Positions 12,349 through 25,265 of a stretch of 64,000 bases of DNA are shown here, one piece after another. The position numbers and the translations under genes were made by a program. Position 1 is the stretch's first letter, and every line of letters starts with the position of its first letter. Source of the DNA: Octopus sinensis (taxonomy: Eukaryota); the NCBI RefSeq assembly GCF_006345805.1, contig NC_043012.1, positions 13,578,001-13,642,000 on the forward strand, given 5' to 3'. Under the pieces are notes generated by a model that was not told where the DNA came from, searched no databases, and saw nothing but the letters and a program-made list of their open reading frames with translations.

Positions 12349-12386
<38 letters not shown>

Positions 12387-12427
12387 TACACACACACGTG
12401 TATATATATATATGCATACACACACAC

Positions 12428-12507
<80 letters not shown>

Positions 12508-12680
12508 GTGTGTGTATATACACATATATATGTAAACAGATATGTATGTGTATGTATGCATGTATATTTATATATATACATATCTAATTACCTATTTATA
12601 TATATCGTTCCTATATGCCGTATGTCTAAATTTGGCTAAACGTGTTTTTTCAATAATTAATTTCGCTTGCATTAACCCGT

Positions 12681-12726
12681 TCTTTTGGTTAAACTATAGT
12701 TTCTCCAGCTGCTTCAGAAGCAAAGA
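12681..12726 (-). ncRNA. Degenerate hammerhead-like motif
   Basis: Minus: CUGAAGC-AGCUGGA-GAAAC-UAUA-GUU; palindromic helix III (ACUAUAGU), but A9 is changed and helices I and II are weak. Confidence 0.3.
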
Positions 12727-12898
12727 TATTAAAAATTGCCAAAGTATAGTACAACGGTTTTGCTATGGAATGATGAAACTACGTTGAGACTTACTACATT
12801 TTTGCATAATAGCAACGATATGTATGGGTGTCTCAAAAGTGACAGAGATTATTCAAGTACGTAGAAAGTGTATGTATGTATGTATGTGTGTATGTATG

Positions 12899-12963
<65 letters not shown>

Positions 12964-13054
12964 ATACATATATATGTATAGTGAGAATTTTCAAAAAACG
13001 ACGAATACGCGTGTGTAAACAACAAACAGGTATATCAGCTCGGGATGCGAGAGA

Positions 13055-13095
13055 ATCTTTTACGTTTCGAGCCTACGCTCTTCGGCAGTAAGGAA
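13055..13095 (-). ncRNA. Minimal hammerhead-like motif with CCGAAGA core variant
   Basis: Minus: CCGAAGA-G CGUAGGCU C-GAAAC-GUA-AAAGA; loopless palindromic ACGU helix III; helix I poor in this copy. Confidence 0.45.
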
Positions 13096-13385
13096 CACAG
13101 AAATAAACAGGGACAGAAAAAAAGTTTTGTGACTACCGATCTATCATGGCGAATATATATGAGTGCGCGTGCGTGGTGTAAGTGTGTGTGCGTGTGAGTT
13201 TGCATCCATATTTGTGTATGCGTGCATATTTGTCCAAATCTCATTAATATTTAGCTACTTGTCTGTATATTTTTCCATATATAATTCTCTATAATTGTTT
13301 TGAGTTGAAAAATAAATTATCATTCCAGAAATATAGCTTTCTCTCTGTCTCTGTCTGCCTGTCTCTCTCTCTCTCTCTCACTCTT

Positions 13386-13424
<39 letters not shown>

Positions 13425-14961
13425 CTCAATGTTTTCCTTCTCTACTTCTCTTCTTTTTTATAATCCCACCGGTGGCCGCATTCCATTGAACCTCCCTACC
13501 TTTCAGTTTGTTTTCTCTTTTTACAGAGCTTATTTCTGTTTTCTTTTCCTTTCTTTCACCTCTTTTAATTTGTACATTCTTTCTTTTCCCTACTTCCGCT
13601 GCTTCCTTCCTCAAAAATCTCTAGCATGAAATGTGAACCCCGTACAAAAATAGGGTGAGTTTATATGCAATAAGATATTTACCTTGACGTTCTACACTTT
13701 CAAATAGTAATTAGGATATTTTGAAGAACACTTGTATTTCATCGTACATTTCATGTCCTACAAGTCTTTTCATCTACCATTACTCAATATCTTAAAAATT
13801 GTTATCTGTTTAGGAATTACTTTGATGTTTCTGCCTCTTTCAAATCATAATTCTCCACACAGATCCGTCGAATCTTAAATGAGATTCAACATCTTCCAAA
13901 GTGAGATCATAAGTTCTCTCCAGTAATACAGATAAATGAAGCCAATTTATCATCACGCATTGTCCAAATAATAAGATTCAATTTATATAAGAAAGTTATA
14001 ATTAAAAGCTAGGTACTAGTAATAGTTGTGTGTTAACAAGAAGCTATTTTAGTTAATTTCGTTCTTTATATCAGATAAGTTAGACGACAGAAATCTGAAA
14101 AGTTTCAGAATCCTGTCCGATCTAAATAATTCTTTTATTGATTCATTTAAATTTCTTTGAATTAAACATTTATATTCATATACATTTAGCTAGTTAAATG
14201 AGTTTCTTGGATGTCATTTCATTGCAATGCTGTCTTTGATTTAGTAATCCTGTGCAAATATTCGGAACCGCCTCGATTGGGTAATATGCCAGAATATTAG
14301 GAGTTACAGTTTTGGCACGCGCTGAACAGTGATTACTCTTGGTCTTTTTAAGACTGAGAAACTTTCTGATATACTGGACAGATTGGCACGTTTAATATTA
14401 TCATTTATGTGATAAGTAAGGTGATCACAATGATTTGTAATTATAAGTTTATAATAGTTATTTAACATTCTCAAGATTAGTTGACGCCGGTGATCGATAG
14501 AAACATATAATAATCACGGATGAATGAAATATATTCAAACACAAATTCTGACTCAAACCAAATTAAGTACACACCTCTAGGCAACAATATTGACATTTTG
14601 TCATACAATTTACTACTTATGAAGTTGCTATATTTAATTGGAAGGAAGAAACCGAATACACATCACATTCATGCTTTTCTTATGTCATTGTCAGCATTTG
14701 GAACAGTAAATAGTGTTTAGTTTGTTTTGTTTTGTTTTGTTCTTTTTTTTTCCAGATGTTATTGACTTGGACCGTAACTGAATTATGACTCGTAGTTACA
14801 GAGAAGCAAATTTCTAATGAACCGAGCCAGAAGTTTTTAAATTAGAAGATACTCATCACCAAGTGAAATGAAGCCAGGTTATAGTTAGCCTCATATATAT
14901 GCATTAATAGAATCGCTGCCAAGTATTTAATGAACACAGTTCACTCAAGTATGGGGCTCTG

Positions 14962-15035
<74 letters not shown>

Positions 15036-15068
15036 GAAAGAATGGAGTTGAACGACGAATTAACAAAA

Positions 15069-15168
15069 TTCCTTTATTCTCGACATATGTTTCGAAGGCT
15101 GCATATTCCTAATTTCGAAGGAATAAGGGGTGCATTATGCCGCCTTCTCATCAGAAACAAACAAGGAA
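15069..15168 (-). ncRNA. Type I hammerhead ribozyme motif with long helix II (copy A)
   Basis: Minus: CUGAUGA (15148-15154); helix II GAAGGCGGCAUA/UAUGCAGCCUUC (11 of 12 pairs) enclosing a UAUUCCU/AGGAAUA hairpin; GAAAC-AUAU-GUC; distal helix I UUCCUU/AAGGAA. Confidence 0.75.
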
Positions 15169-15245
15169 CTTATATCAGCATCAAGATGAACAAAAACTTT
15201 TAGATGACTGCCCACACGGAGCCCATAGCGATAATGAGTGTTATA

Positions 15246-15297
<52 letters not shown>

Positions 15298-15769
15298 CAT
15301 ATATATATATATATATATTTCTTCCAATCTAAACCATTTTTATACAAGTGTTAAATATAGTAAAGTGACAATAATTAAGTTCATAAAGAAATAAGAATGC
15401 AATTGCTCAAAACGATTTTCCTAATCTGTATTTATTTGGAGAATTTAAATAACCTTGGAATATGCTGATTGAGACAATGTATACTTTATTTGCAGATATA
15501 TTAAATTAATATAGTAATTAATAAGATACACAAATAAACAGAATTTTTTTTTTTAAAGATGCAGATGTTTAAATTGAACCTACAACTTGTAAAGTACATA
15601 TAAAATGGTGTCAGATGTTTGTAATCAAAGATGGCTAGCCTTAACTCGGACTCAGGATTTAAAGTTATGTCAGTAAATATCAGAGATCCCTAGAAGAGTT
15701 ATCTTACTATTTGTATCATTTTCAACCATACATTTCTACACCAATTTCACTTTGGTAATTATTTCACTT

Positions 15770-15915
15770 TGATGATGATGAGGAGGAGGAGGAATAGGGG
15801 GAGGATGTTGATGATGATGAAAATGAGGATGATGATGATCATCATCATCATCATCATCATCATCAACATCCTCGTCATTTTCATCATCATTATCATCACG
15901 ACCACCACAACCACC
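15770..15915. repeat. (GAT)n to (ATC)n quasi-palindromic microsatellite
   Basis: Strand switch at ~15839; variant units GAGGATGTTGATG and GATGAAAATGA occur on both arms in inverted form. Confidence 0.8.
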
Positions 15916-17656
15916 TTCACATGTATCAAGCTCTTTAATTTTATTTACCAGCATTTAAAAGGTTAGTGCATTGGAAAACCATCAAATTTCATTTCATATT
16001 TTCATGCGAAAACCAGATAGTTTGACTATTTTCCTGGCCAAGTGCTATCCAGAGTGGGTGTTCCGTAAGTCAGTGCAAGCCTACGATACGCACATCTGCA
16101 CCGCCAGCATTGTTGTTCGCTGCTTGTGGCGTATACTTCAATATCAGTAGATTGGCTCACATTAGATTTAGGTTTTGGCTACGAACAAACCACTGCGATG
16201 CTGAGTATCGGCATTGTTGTGCTTTAGGTGATTTTGGCATATTGACAAACACTACGAATTATTACTGCAGGAGTTTTTTTTTTTAATAAAACTCTTGGAA
16301 TAGAAACTATTATTCGCTTTTGTTTTACATTTTATATTTGTTATATTTTGATCGTTAATTTATTTGTATTGTGTGGAGCAAACACATTTCAAATTTTAAA
16401 TTTCTTAAACTTAGAAAGATAATGTCCATTACTGAATAGATGTCAATGACAAAATGTTGTAATATTAATTCTGGAATAGACATTAGGCACTCGAGTTACT
16501 GTAAGTTATGCTCGAATAATATAAATTTTCAGTAGAGTTCGAATTATGGTACCAATTTGTAACCGAATTTCCAGTTTAATGCCTTTCTTGCCAATGGTTA
16601 ATAGCTTGTCAAGACTGTTTATAGCTTTCAGTGTAATGTTTGATGAATTAATTGTATGCTCGAGAAGAAGCAAAAGTATACATGCTTCGTTTTAATGTTC
16701 ATATTTCCTTATATTGAAATGGTCATAGTGTTTACTGAGTAGTTACTACGTTCACACATAGATAAGTTTAACTGTACATATTGTGTATGTAAACGGATGT
16801 TTCTTTGTGTTTCAGTGACTGTATTTTATCCACTTGGAAGGCATGCTGACAAGAAAACAGAGAACTCAATACGCTGGGCATCAGCTAACATTTATTCCAA
16901 TAACTAGAAACCTAAATATACCCTACAGCTAACCATATAATCTCTCCATTTTCCACGCAGTCTGAAGAACACAAACATAGACGCACACGCGAGCGCGCTC
17001 ACACAAACACAGATGTGCACGGGAAATGTTAAATACGCAATAATTTCGGCCATCGTTTGTCATGCATTACATAAATTCTGTTAATAATCTGTGTAATTTA
17101 TATCATCATGAAAATAATGAAACAATGTGGATACACACACGCGTGTGCGTGCATAATCAAAAGCACATAATCACACACACACACACACAGACAAAAACAC
17201 ACAGGGACGCACACACACACATATACATATGCATGCATATCAAAATCAATATTCCCGAATTCAAATCTCAGAATATTTAAATTATATGGGAATGGGAATA
17301 TCATGAAAATCTTTATTATAATAGTTCATAAGGCAATCCAAGAAGCCAATGCAGTGTATTCCACCAGTTCTACAGTGACCAGGCCATATCAACATATCCA
17401 TGTTCTTACAGCGTATCCAATCCTTCGATGGCTTCGGCTGTTTTATTACTCCGTTGTTGTTGTTGTTGTCGTTCAAGATGCGTAATTGGTCTCATTTATG
17501 CGGAAGGCACCGCTAAAAGGAAGTTATATATTAGATAATCAAATTTTTCATGTGATTGAAAAGAAATTGCTTCTGTACACTCAATATATATGACAGAGAA
17601 AAGAAAGAGAGAAACAACGGGATCCTGAATGATGATTAGTCATAAGATTCGAATAT

Positions 17657-18420
17657 ACCAGATCTGATCAAAAAGTATCCGAACTGTTGCTATTGTAACG
17701 ACATTAAAGTACGCCGAGTGAATCCGTTTGGCACAGATTGACCTAAACCTCTGCTGCGTGTGTACATTAAGGCTTAACGTTCTATCTCACTTCTCCTCTT
17801 TAGAGCAGGGCTTGGACGGAAGGTATGTAATTTGCGATCGTCGCATTGACCTTGACAGTAAAAGTTGCCATGGCGATACCTGCTCAGAGGCCTACGCAAA
17901 GTTGCAGAATGTGTATGGAGAGGGGTGTATGGAGAGTCGCACACAAGTATACGTGTGGTTTAGACGTTTCTAAGATGGCCGAAAAATATCGATAATGACG
18001 AACGTTCTGGAAGGCAAGTAGAATTGTGAAAAATAACGGATGTGCGTGCAGCTATAAGGGGAAATCATCGAATCACTATCCGCGAGTTATCAAAGGATGT
18101 GCAGATTATTTACAGTTCAGTTCAGTCCATTATCACTGCGATTGATTTTGGTATGAGACGCGTGTCTGCAAAGTTTTTGCCAAAACCGATTTGAGCTGAC
18201 CAGAAAGATTCTCGGGTTTCAGTGCCGAGATGAAAAATGTTGAGAACTTTGGATAGGCCTCTGAATAGGTATCGCCAAGCTTTTTGGCAAAATGTGATGC
18301 AGTTTCTCGATTCAACTTTCTCTACTATGGTCAATGGGATGATCGCACGCTACACACGTTTCTTCCAAGCACTGATGTAAACAGTGGAAGTGAACTAGTA
18401 CATTAAAAGTTAGTGCGCGT
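17657..18420 (+). mobile_element. Mariner relic: left TIR + N-terminal transposase, followed by an inverted second copy of the 5' region
   Basis: TACCAGATCTGATCAAAAAGTATCCG TIR-like start; GDTCSEAYAKLQNVYGEGCM.SRTQVYVWFRRF..ERSGR..MRRVSAKFLPK (HTH and decayed WVPHEL-like motif). 18240-18420 on the minus strand encodes TIVEKVESRNCITFCQK(L)GDTYSEAYPK. Confidence 0.8.
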
Positions 18421-18464
<44 letters not shown>

Positions 18465-18591
18465 CAGCAAACAATTTAGATTCAAATGAATATGGTACGT
18501 AATTTAGATGCACCAGAATTTTTTATGGTTTAACCCATAAAATTATGCGAGGTGATTGTAATCAAAAATAAGCAACAAGAATGGATCCGGT

Positions 18592-18680
18592 AATTAGTAC
18601 AATTGTTTCATTCTACAACAATTTATTAAAGCTGCAAATATTACAGCAGATATAATATGTCAAGTAAGCTTCAGCTAATT
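18592..18680 (-). ncRNA. Degenerate type I hammerhead motif in (TA)n-flanked island 18462-18794
   Basis: Minus: AAUUAG-CUGAAGC..long helix II with CUGC/GCAG hairpin..GAAAC-AAUU-GUA-CUAAUU. Perfect 6-bp helix I and palindromic ACAAUUGU helix III; A9 changed and helix II base decayed. Confidence 0.55.
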
Positions 18681-18802
18681 TCATATAGATTTTCCAATAA
18701 TGTACAGTTCTCAAATCAATTAGTAACATCCTAGAGAAGGTAAATATACCGATAAAGCTGTAGATATGAATTTCAGGAACATGAAGTTGGATGTGTATAT
18801 AT

Positions 18803-18846
<44 letters not shown>

Positions 18847-18850
18847 ATAT

Positions 18851-18924
<74 letters not shown>

Positions 18925-19967
18925 GCGTCACGAAATGTGATTAGGAGTGCTAGTCTACACCAACATATCTAGAAACATGAGTCAAAGAAGTCTTAGCCAC
19001 GAGCAGAGCTCAATGATATTCACTGAGAAAGAAACCAATCTCTGACATCAGGGGTGAGAGCCATATCGACTGTCGCTGAAATTTCATGTCCTTATAAATC
19101 GAATTTACGATAGGAAACCAATGGCTGATTCAGTAAAATGCAAATGTGAAACTTATAAAGTATTTAAGAGAGCTAGGCGTAATTTAGAACCAAAAGAGCA
19201 GAATTCAATCGTCACTAAGAGTGACGAAGGATGTGATTCTGTACCATCATTGCTAGAAATAAGAATGAAAATTACTCTTAACCACAATCAGAGAACAATT
19301 CTATTCACTGATAAGGGGGACATATATATTGTGGAGTGATACGCAAGAAAAACATAAACAATAGGCTTTATACGACTCAGGTGTATCCATCGATCCCATT
19401 AATCGATCGATCGTTTAACACATTGAAGAAAATGAACTATCATTAAAAATGCTATCGCTTTCGGAATCAGTACATCAAGTGAATGAAAAACAAAAACGAT
19501 AAAGTTATAGGAGCGAAGAGGAAAAATAAAAGAAAAGAACTGGAGAACAAGAAAATGAAAGTGAGAAACAGAGAGAAAACGTGGAAATAATAAAAAAAAA
19601 GGATAGAAGAGGGAATCTGCTCCCTGTTGTATCTATATAGACTTAAGTTACACTTTTATAGCTATCAGCCTTAATTTATTGCTGTCTTTTAATATAGTCG
19701 AATAGTAACAACATAAGTTATTGGAATTATTGGAATACGCACCAATTCCTATAGTAGTCATAGTTTGGTGATGTTTTTCAATACCTAGGTCATTCCTCAG
19801 TGGATTACCACTACGTTATGGTTGTTCTAGCATTGTAAAGGGAATAGTACGTGAGTTTATGTAGGAGGTTTGAAATAAAAAAAATAAAAGATTAAAGCAG
19901 TGAAGAAAGGAAAAGTTAATAAAATAAACCCAAATACAATACATTAAAATAAAGCAATAAATATAGA

Positions 19968-20068
19968 CGCGGGCGTGGCTGTGTGGTAAGAACTTTGGTT
20001 TCCAACCACATGAGTTCGGTTCAGTTACACTGCGTGGCACCTTTGATTAGTAACTTCTACTGTAGTCT
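19968..20068 (+). mobile_element. SINE family 1 tRNA-like head only
   Basis: GCGGGCGTGGCTGTGTGGTAAG..CAACCACATG..GGTTCAGTTACACTGCGTGGCACC. Confidence 0.75.
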
Positions 20069-20699
20069 AAGAACATTACAATTCCTATTTGAATTAAGTT
20101 AATTTCGCAGACCATTGTTTATGGATTTTAATGCTATGCAATACCTTTGGTTAAAGGTATTGGATAGCATATTGGATAGAAGCCGATTGGTTCTTAATTA
20201 TTTAGGGAATAATCTAAATTTTCTATTGTAAAAATGTTCACATCGTATGGCTAATTCTTGTCCACGTATATCATCCTCTTACGTAAGTATTAAAAGTGAT
20301 TCTCTCTCACAAAGACTCCATCTCGCTTTTCCTACGTCGTGAAGTGATGCACTCCACAATATCGACTATTCTAAATCATACTTAAAATCGCTGTCCCTAA
20401 GGTAGCAAATTAGCTTCCTATACGATGTCGAATGTTTCTTATTTATCTCTCTAAATGACGAGATGTGGGTATAAAATCGAAGTTTGAGAGCGATAGCACG
20501 TCGTCCTTGTATAACAGTAAGCTGTATTATCTTTTAACGACCAAACGCTTATAAAATATACAATATTTAACAAACATTTATGCAGCTCCCTACAGCAACA
20601 ATTACTATTTTTGCCATAACTATCACTACCTCTACTGTTCTTGTTGCTCACTACTGGAATCGTTATGCACGTTATTATTACACTTATTGTGAGTCCTAT

Positions 20700-20741
20700 C
20701 AGACCCTTCTTCTTCTTCTTCTTCTTCTCTTCTTCTTCTTC

Positions 20742-20782
<41 letters not shown>

Positions 20783-20891
20783 GTAAGGCGGCGAGCTGGC
20801 GGAAACGTTAGGTCGAATTGCTCGACCAAAGACGGTGCTCCTGCATGGCCGCAGTCAAATCACCGAAACAAGTAAAAGAGAGTGTAAAAGA

Positions 20892-20927
<36 letters not shown>

Positions 20928-21016
20928 GTTATTGTTATTATTGTTGTTTGTTGCTGTTAGTGTTGTAGTTGTTGTTGTTGTTGTTGCTGTTGTTGTTATT
21001 ACTATCATCTTCATCG

Positions 21017-21049
<33 letters not shown>

Positions 21050-21160
21050 CCATCATTGTCATTTTATCGTTATTGCTATCGTTATCTTTAACAGAATCCT
21101 TACACACCGAGTACTTTTTATCACTTCTTGTCACGACTATTACCATTACTATCACCGCTA
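20700..21160. repeat. Mosaic of CTT/TTA/GTT/ATC microsatellites
   Basis: Direct reading. Confidence 0.9.
20785..20892 (+). mobile_element. Short chimeric SINE: family-2 head joined to family-1 tail
   Basis: AAGGCGGCGAGCTGGCGGAAACGTTAG (compare 44512) directly followed by GTCGAATTGCTCGACC..GGTGCTCCTGCATGGCCGCAGTCAAAT..GAAACAAGTAAAAGAG (compare 9005-9090). Confidence 0.75.
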
Positions 21161-21164
21161 TTGT

Positions 21165-21380
21165 TAGGCAGGATCGTTAGCACTCCGAGTAAAAGGCTAA
21201 GCAGTATTTTGTCCATCTTTACATTCTGATTTCAAATTCGTTTGGAGCCTTGTTTCCTTGTTATCACTTCGAGGTAGGTAAAATAAGTACCAGTTGTATA
21301 CTGGTATCGATAAAATCGACTATTCTCCTGACACTAAGTTTTATAACATTCTAACTATTATAGAAAGGATTATTATCAAC
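21165..21380 (+). mobile_element. SINE family 2 (decayed) followed by (ATC)n tail to 21490
   Basis: GCAGGATCGTTAGCACTCCG..TTCAAATTC..AAATAAGTACCAGTTG..ATCGAC..TAGAAAGGATTATT; aligns with 44925-45140. Confidence 0.7.
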
Positions 21381-21410
21381 ATAATCAACATCGTCGTCGT
21401 CATCATCATT

Positions 21411-21484
<74 letters not shown>

Positions 21485-21824
21485 AATTATAATCAATAGT
21501 ATTAATACGCCAATTTTTTGGTTTCGCACGTACGTACTTGCGGTGTGTGTCACACTTACTTGAACGGAAGAATTGAGTGACAAAGCGGGAGAGAGGACAG
21601 AGAGAAAAGGAGAGAGAAAGAGAGAGAGTGTGTGAGAGAGATAGTGAGTGGTGACGGCGTTCGTTTCGTGTTTTTAAATGTTCATCAGTATTTTCAGAGT
21701 ATATGATACAGAAAAGTAGATATATAGATTGAAAATAAAGAACCTAGATCAATCGAAAGAAAAGTAGATACATAGATACCTACACACATTATTAAGTACC
21801 TGAGTATTAAGCTAGGGTAATATT

Positions 21825-22010
21825 AGTTTCGTATTTTGACACAAAGCCAGCAATTCCGGTAGAGGAGTTAAGTCAGTTACATCGACCCCAGTGATCAACT
21901 TTTATTTTATCGACCGTAAAAGGATGAAAGGCAATTAAAACTCAGAACGTAAAAACGGACGAAATACCGCGAAGCATTTTGTCTGGCGTGCTAACAATTT
22001 TGCCAGCACT
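21825..22010 (-). mobile_element. SINE family 2 (decayed, internal deletion)
   Basis: ACATCGACCCCAGTG..TTATCGACC..AGGATGAAAGGC..AACTCAGAACGTAA..GCTAACAATTTTGCCAGC is the reverse complement of family 2. Confidence 0.75.
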
Positions 22011-22599
22011 ATTATTAATATTAACTAGATAATATCTAGGAGTTCGATACAAACAACGCCGCTGATTATCAAACTAATTATATATTTGCAATAACTAAAG
22101 CCCAGTGCACTCACAAGATTTGGATTGAGTTACCGATAGTCATAACAATGCCAAAGTAATTACTATAATGCTTCTCCGTCCACAAATCAATATGAACATA
22201 AATAACTGTGTAGCAGGCATGTTTACTTCTATATTAGAATCACTGCCTGGAATGCAATATACTTGAAGTAAATTAGTGGTATTTAAAACCAAGATTCAGT
22301 TGCTGATGTATAGTAACCCATAATATCAACATGATTAAATTTATATATGTGCGTATTACTATGTAGTGAAGCAACACCATATCCCACAAAATATTGCTGT
22401 CATTGTAACAAAAATACGAGGAATGTTCTACTGGGTGAACATTCTCTGATGGCAGACTGGGAAAGAAAACTGCAAGCCACTAAATTTGCTTTCTCGGATT
22501 TCCACATGTCTTCGTATTAATAATTGATTGATTAATAATTGATTGGATAAAATTGAATGCTACAACATCATCAGCAACTTGACAATCATAACATATATT

Positions 22600-22820
22600 A
22601 CTATCTCGTAGCAAGCGCAAAGTAGTTAACACTTGACAAAATATCTGTACAAGCTGGCCTTAGCATTCACTGTCGCAAGACAGAATGTAATGAAATTCAG
22701 TGATTTGAAGGATGAGCTAATATACAGATGTGAAAAGGCGATTCGTTATTTACAAGATAAAATGATAGATGAGGCTGGTGGTGTTGATAATGCTAGAAAT
22801 ACAAATTATAGGCAGTGATC
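22600..22820 (+). mobile_element. Possible decayed RTE-type reverse transcriptase fragment
   Basis: LDKISVQAGLSIHCRKTE and KAIRYLQDKMIDEAGGVDNA resemble the RT motifs GLxINxxKT and FxYLGxxIxxxGG. Confidence 0.35.
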
Positions 22821-23070
22821 GAGTCTCATACCTCCTAACAGGCATCGATTTAGTGTTTGGACCGATACCTAAATATATAGTAATACTTTGTACTGCTAAA
22901 TACAGGCCACAATCTTTGATAGACTAAAGCACTTTAGATATGTGCAGAGACGTTGTCTAGAATATCTGTAAAATTAAACATGAAACCTATTCTACTTCAA
23001 ATTTAAATTTAAACAGATATCGGTTATATATATACGTTTATATATATATATATCTATATATATATGCATG

Positions 23071-23103
<33 letters not shown>

Positions 23104-23120
23104 TATATAATATATATATA

Positions 23121-23168
<48 letters not shown>

Positions 23169-23224
23169 GCAGGACTCCGGTCAAGCGTTTTTGTACCTAG
23201 TCCTGGAAATTATATTTGTATACG

Positions 23225-23305
23225 ACAGACTATGCTGATGAGCTTGCAGATTTCCATGTATCCATATACGTGGATATTAACAAGCGAAACTGATCGAGTT
23301 GAGTT
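23225..23305 (+). ncRNA. Type I hammerhead motif in (TA)n-flanked island 23166-23404
   Basis: CUGAUGA (23235-41); helix II GCUUG/CAAGC enclosing an UAUCCA/UGGAUA hairpin; GAAAC-U-GAUCG-A-GUU (3-bp helix III, GUU triplet); helix I partly decayed. Confidence 0.6.
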
Positions 23306-23554
23306 TTTATTTGAGAACACATTCTTCGTGGTAAATAGCGGTTTTGACGTCTATATCTAGCATGTTGACCGTCCACTTTTAGTGGTCAATCCTTTAAATT
23401 TTGTATGTATATATATATATATATATTAAACAGAGGCGACTGAAGTACATAATATTATACACATAGATATTTGAGAGAGAGAGAGAACGATAGAAAGAAA
23501 GAAAAAGAAGAAAAGAAATTGACAGACAGACAGCTAACAAGCTAACTAGCTAGC

Positions 23555-23697
<143 letters not shown>

Positions 23698-24884
23698 GCA
23701 TTGATACATGAATTTCCATTGATTTACTTTTCGTTGAGGAACATTCACTTGTGAGAATTGATGAATTAATATGCTCATTGCTGTTCAACGAATTCGCGTG
23801 TAATTGCCATAGCATGTTTCGGACACGTGTAACCTTTACTTCATTTTTAGACAGATTTAATGTAAAACATTGAAAGACTTTATTTTTGGATCAGCCGCAC
23901 ACCTCAATAGATTTTTCTGCCTAAGTAATTTCAGTCACAATCTCCGCGTTCGACTTTTGCTATGGGAAGTAACATTATGCGTGTTGTTGAGTAACTCAAT
24001 GAATGGAAAATGCATTAAATACAAAACGTACATGTAGGACATTCGCAGAAGGACCGTGATTCTTCATCAGTTATCGAACGAAAAATACTAATACTGTTTT
24101 GTGCATTTATCGATAAGAATGAAAACTTCGTATATCGGCGATACTCGCAGGATTTGAGTAGAATTATAGCTCGAACAAACAAGACAATACAGGGTGGACA
24201 TACGAAAGTAAACAATCATGATTTGAAACGATTAACTATGACAATAAGTAAAACCTTTCGGTCAAACACGTGGATGGTGGGTAACGCTTGGAAGAAATCA
24301 TCGAACGGATATGAAATACATATATATATACATATTCCTTATATATTTAGAATTGCTCTTTTATTATATGTCTTTTTATTAAATTTTTCTACTAAATTCC
24401 TTCCTATTTCCTTAGTCTGCGTATTATGCTGTGGTTTCTGGGCGTAATTCGAATTTTTTCATCGGCATTCTCGTTCTTGTGACTAAGAATCTATACTTGT
24501 CGACTATCACTAAAACATGTATTACACATACATGCATACATACATGTATATACGCATCAATACACACGCAGGCGGAGCACAAACAAGCATGCACATTTAA
24601 ACGGGACGTGTGAGCACTACACACTTCGAAGAGAATTTTAATATGGTAGTTCCAGCTTCTTTGTTCTCTAACTTTTGAATTTGCCTTAAAGGCATTTTTT
24701 TATTGTGGTTGTGCAAATGGTGTTTATATATTTTATTAGCATTAGTCACGCAGATATTGCTAACAAATACTGGAAATTGCGTCTGCATTCACAACTACAA
24801 AATATTAATTTCCGGATTTGACGCCCAGTGAAAACATTTAACTAAATTAACTGGAATAATGTCTAAAGTTAAAGATGGCATATC

Positions 24885-25265
<381 letters not shown>

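Noticed and set aside
21640-21695. Minus-strand CUGAUGA..GAAAC GAACGCC GUC hammerhead-like core
   Set aside because: Helix III fits, but neither helix I nor helix II can pair; likely chance or beyond recognition.
24060-24200. KTSYIGDTRR, GIY-YIG-like
   Set aside because: Only a short motif match; other PLE context is lacking.
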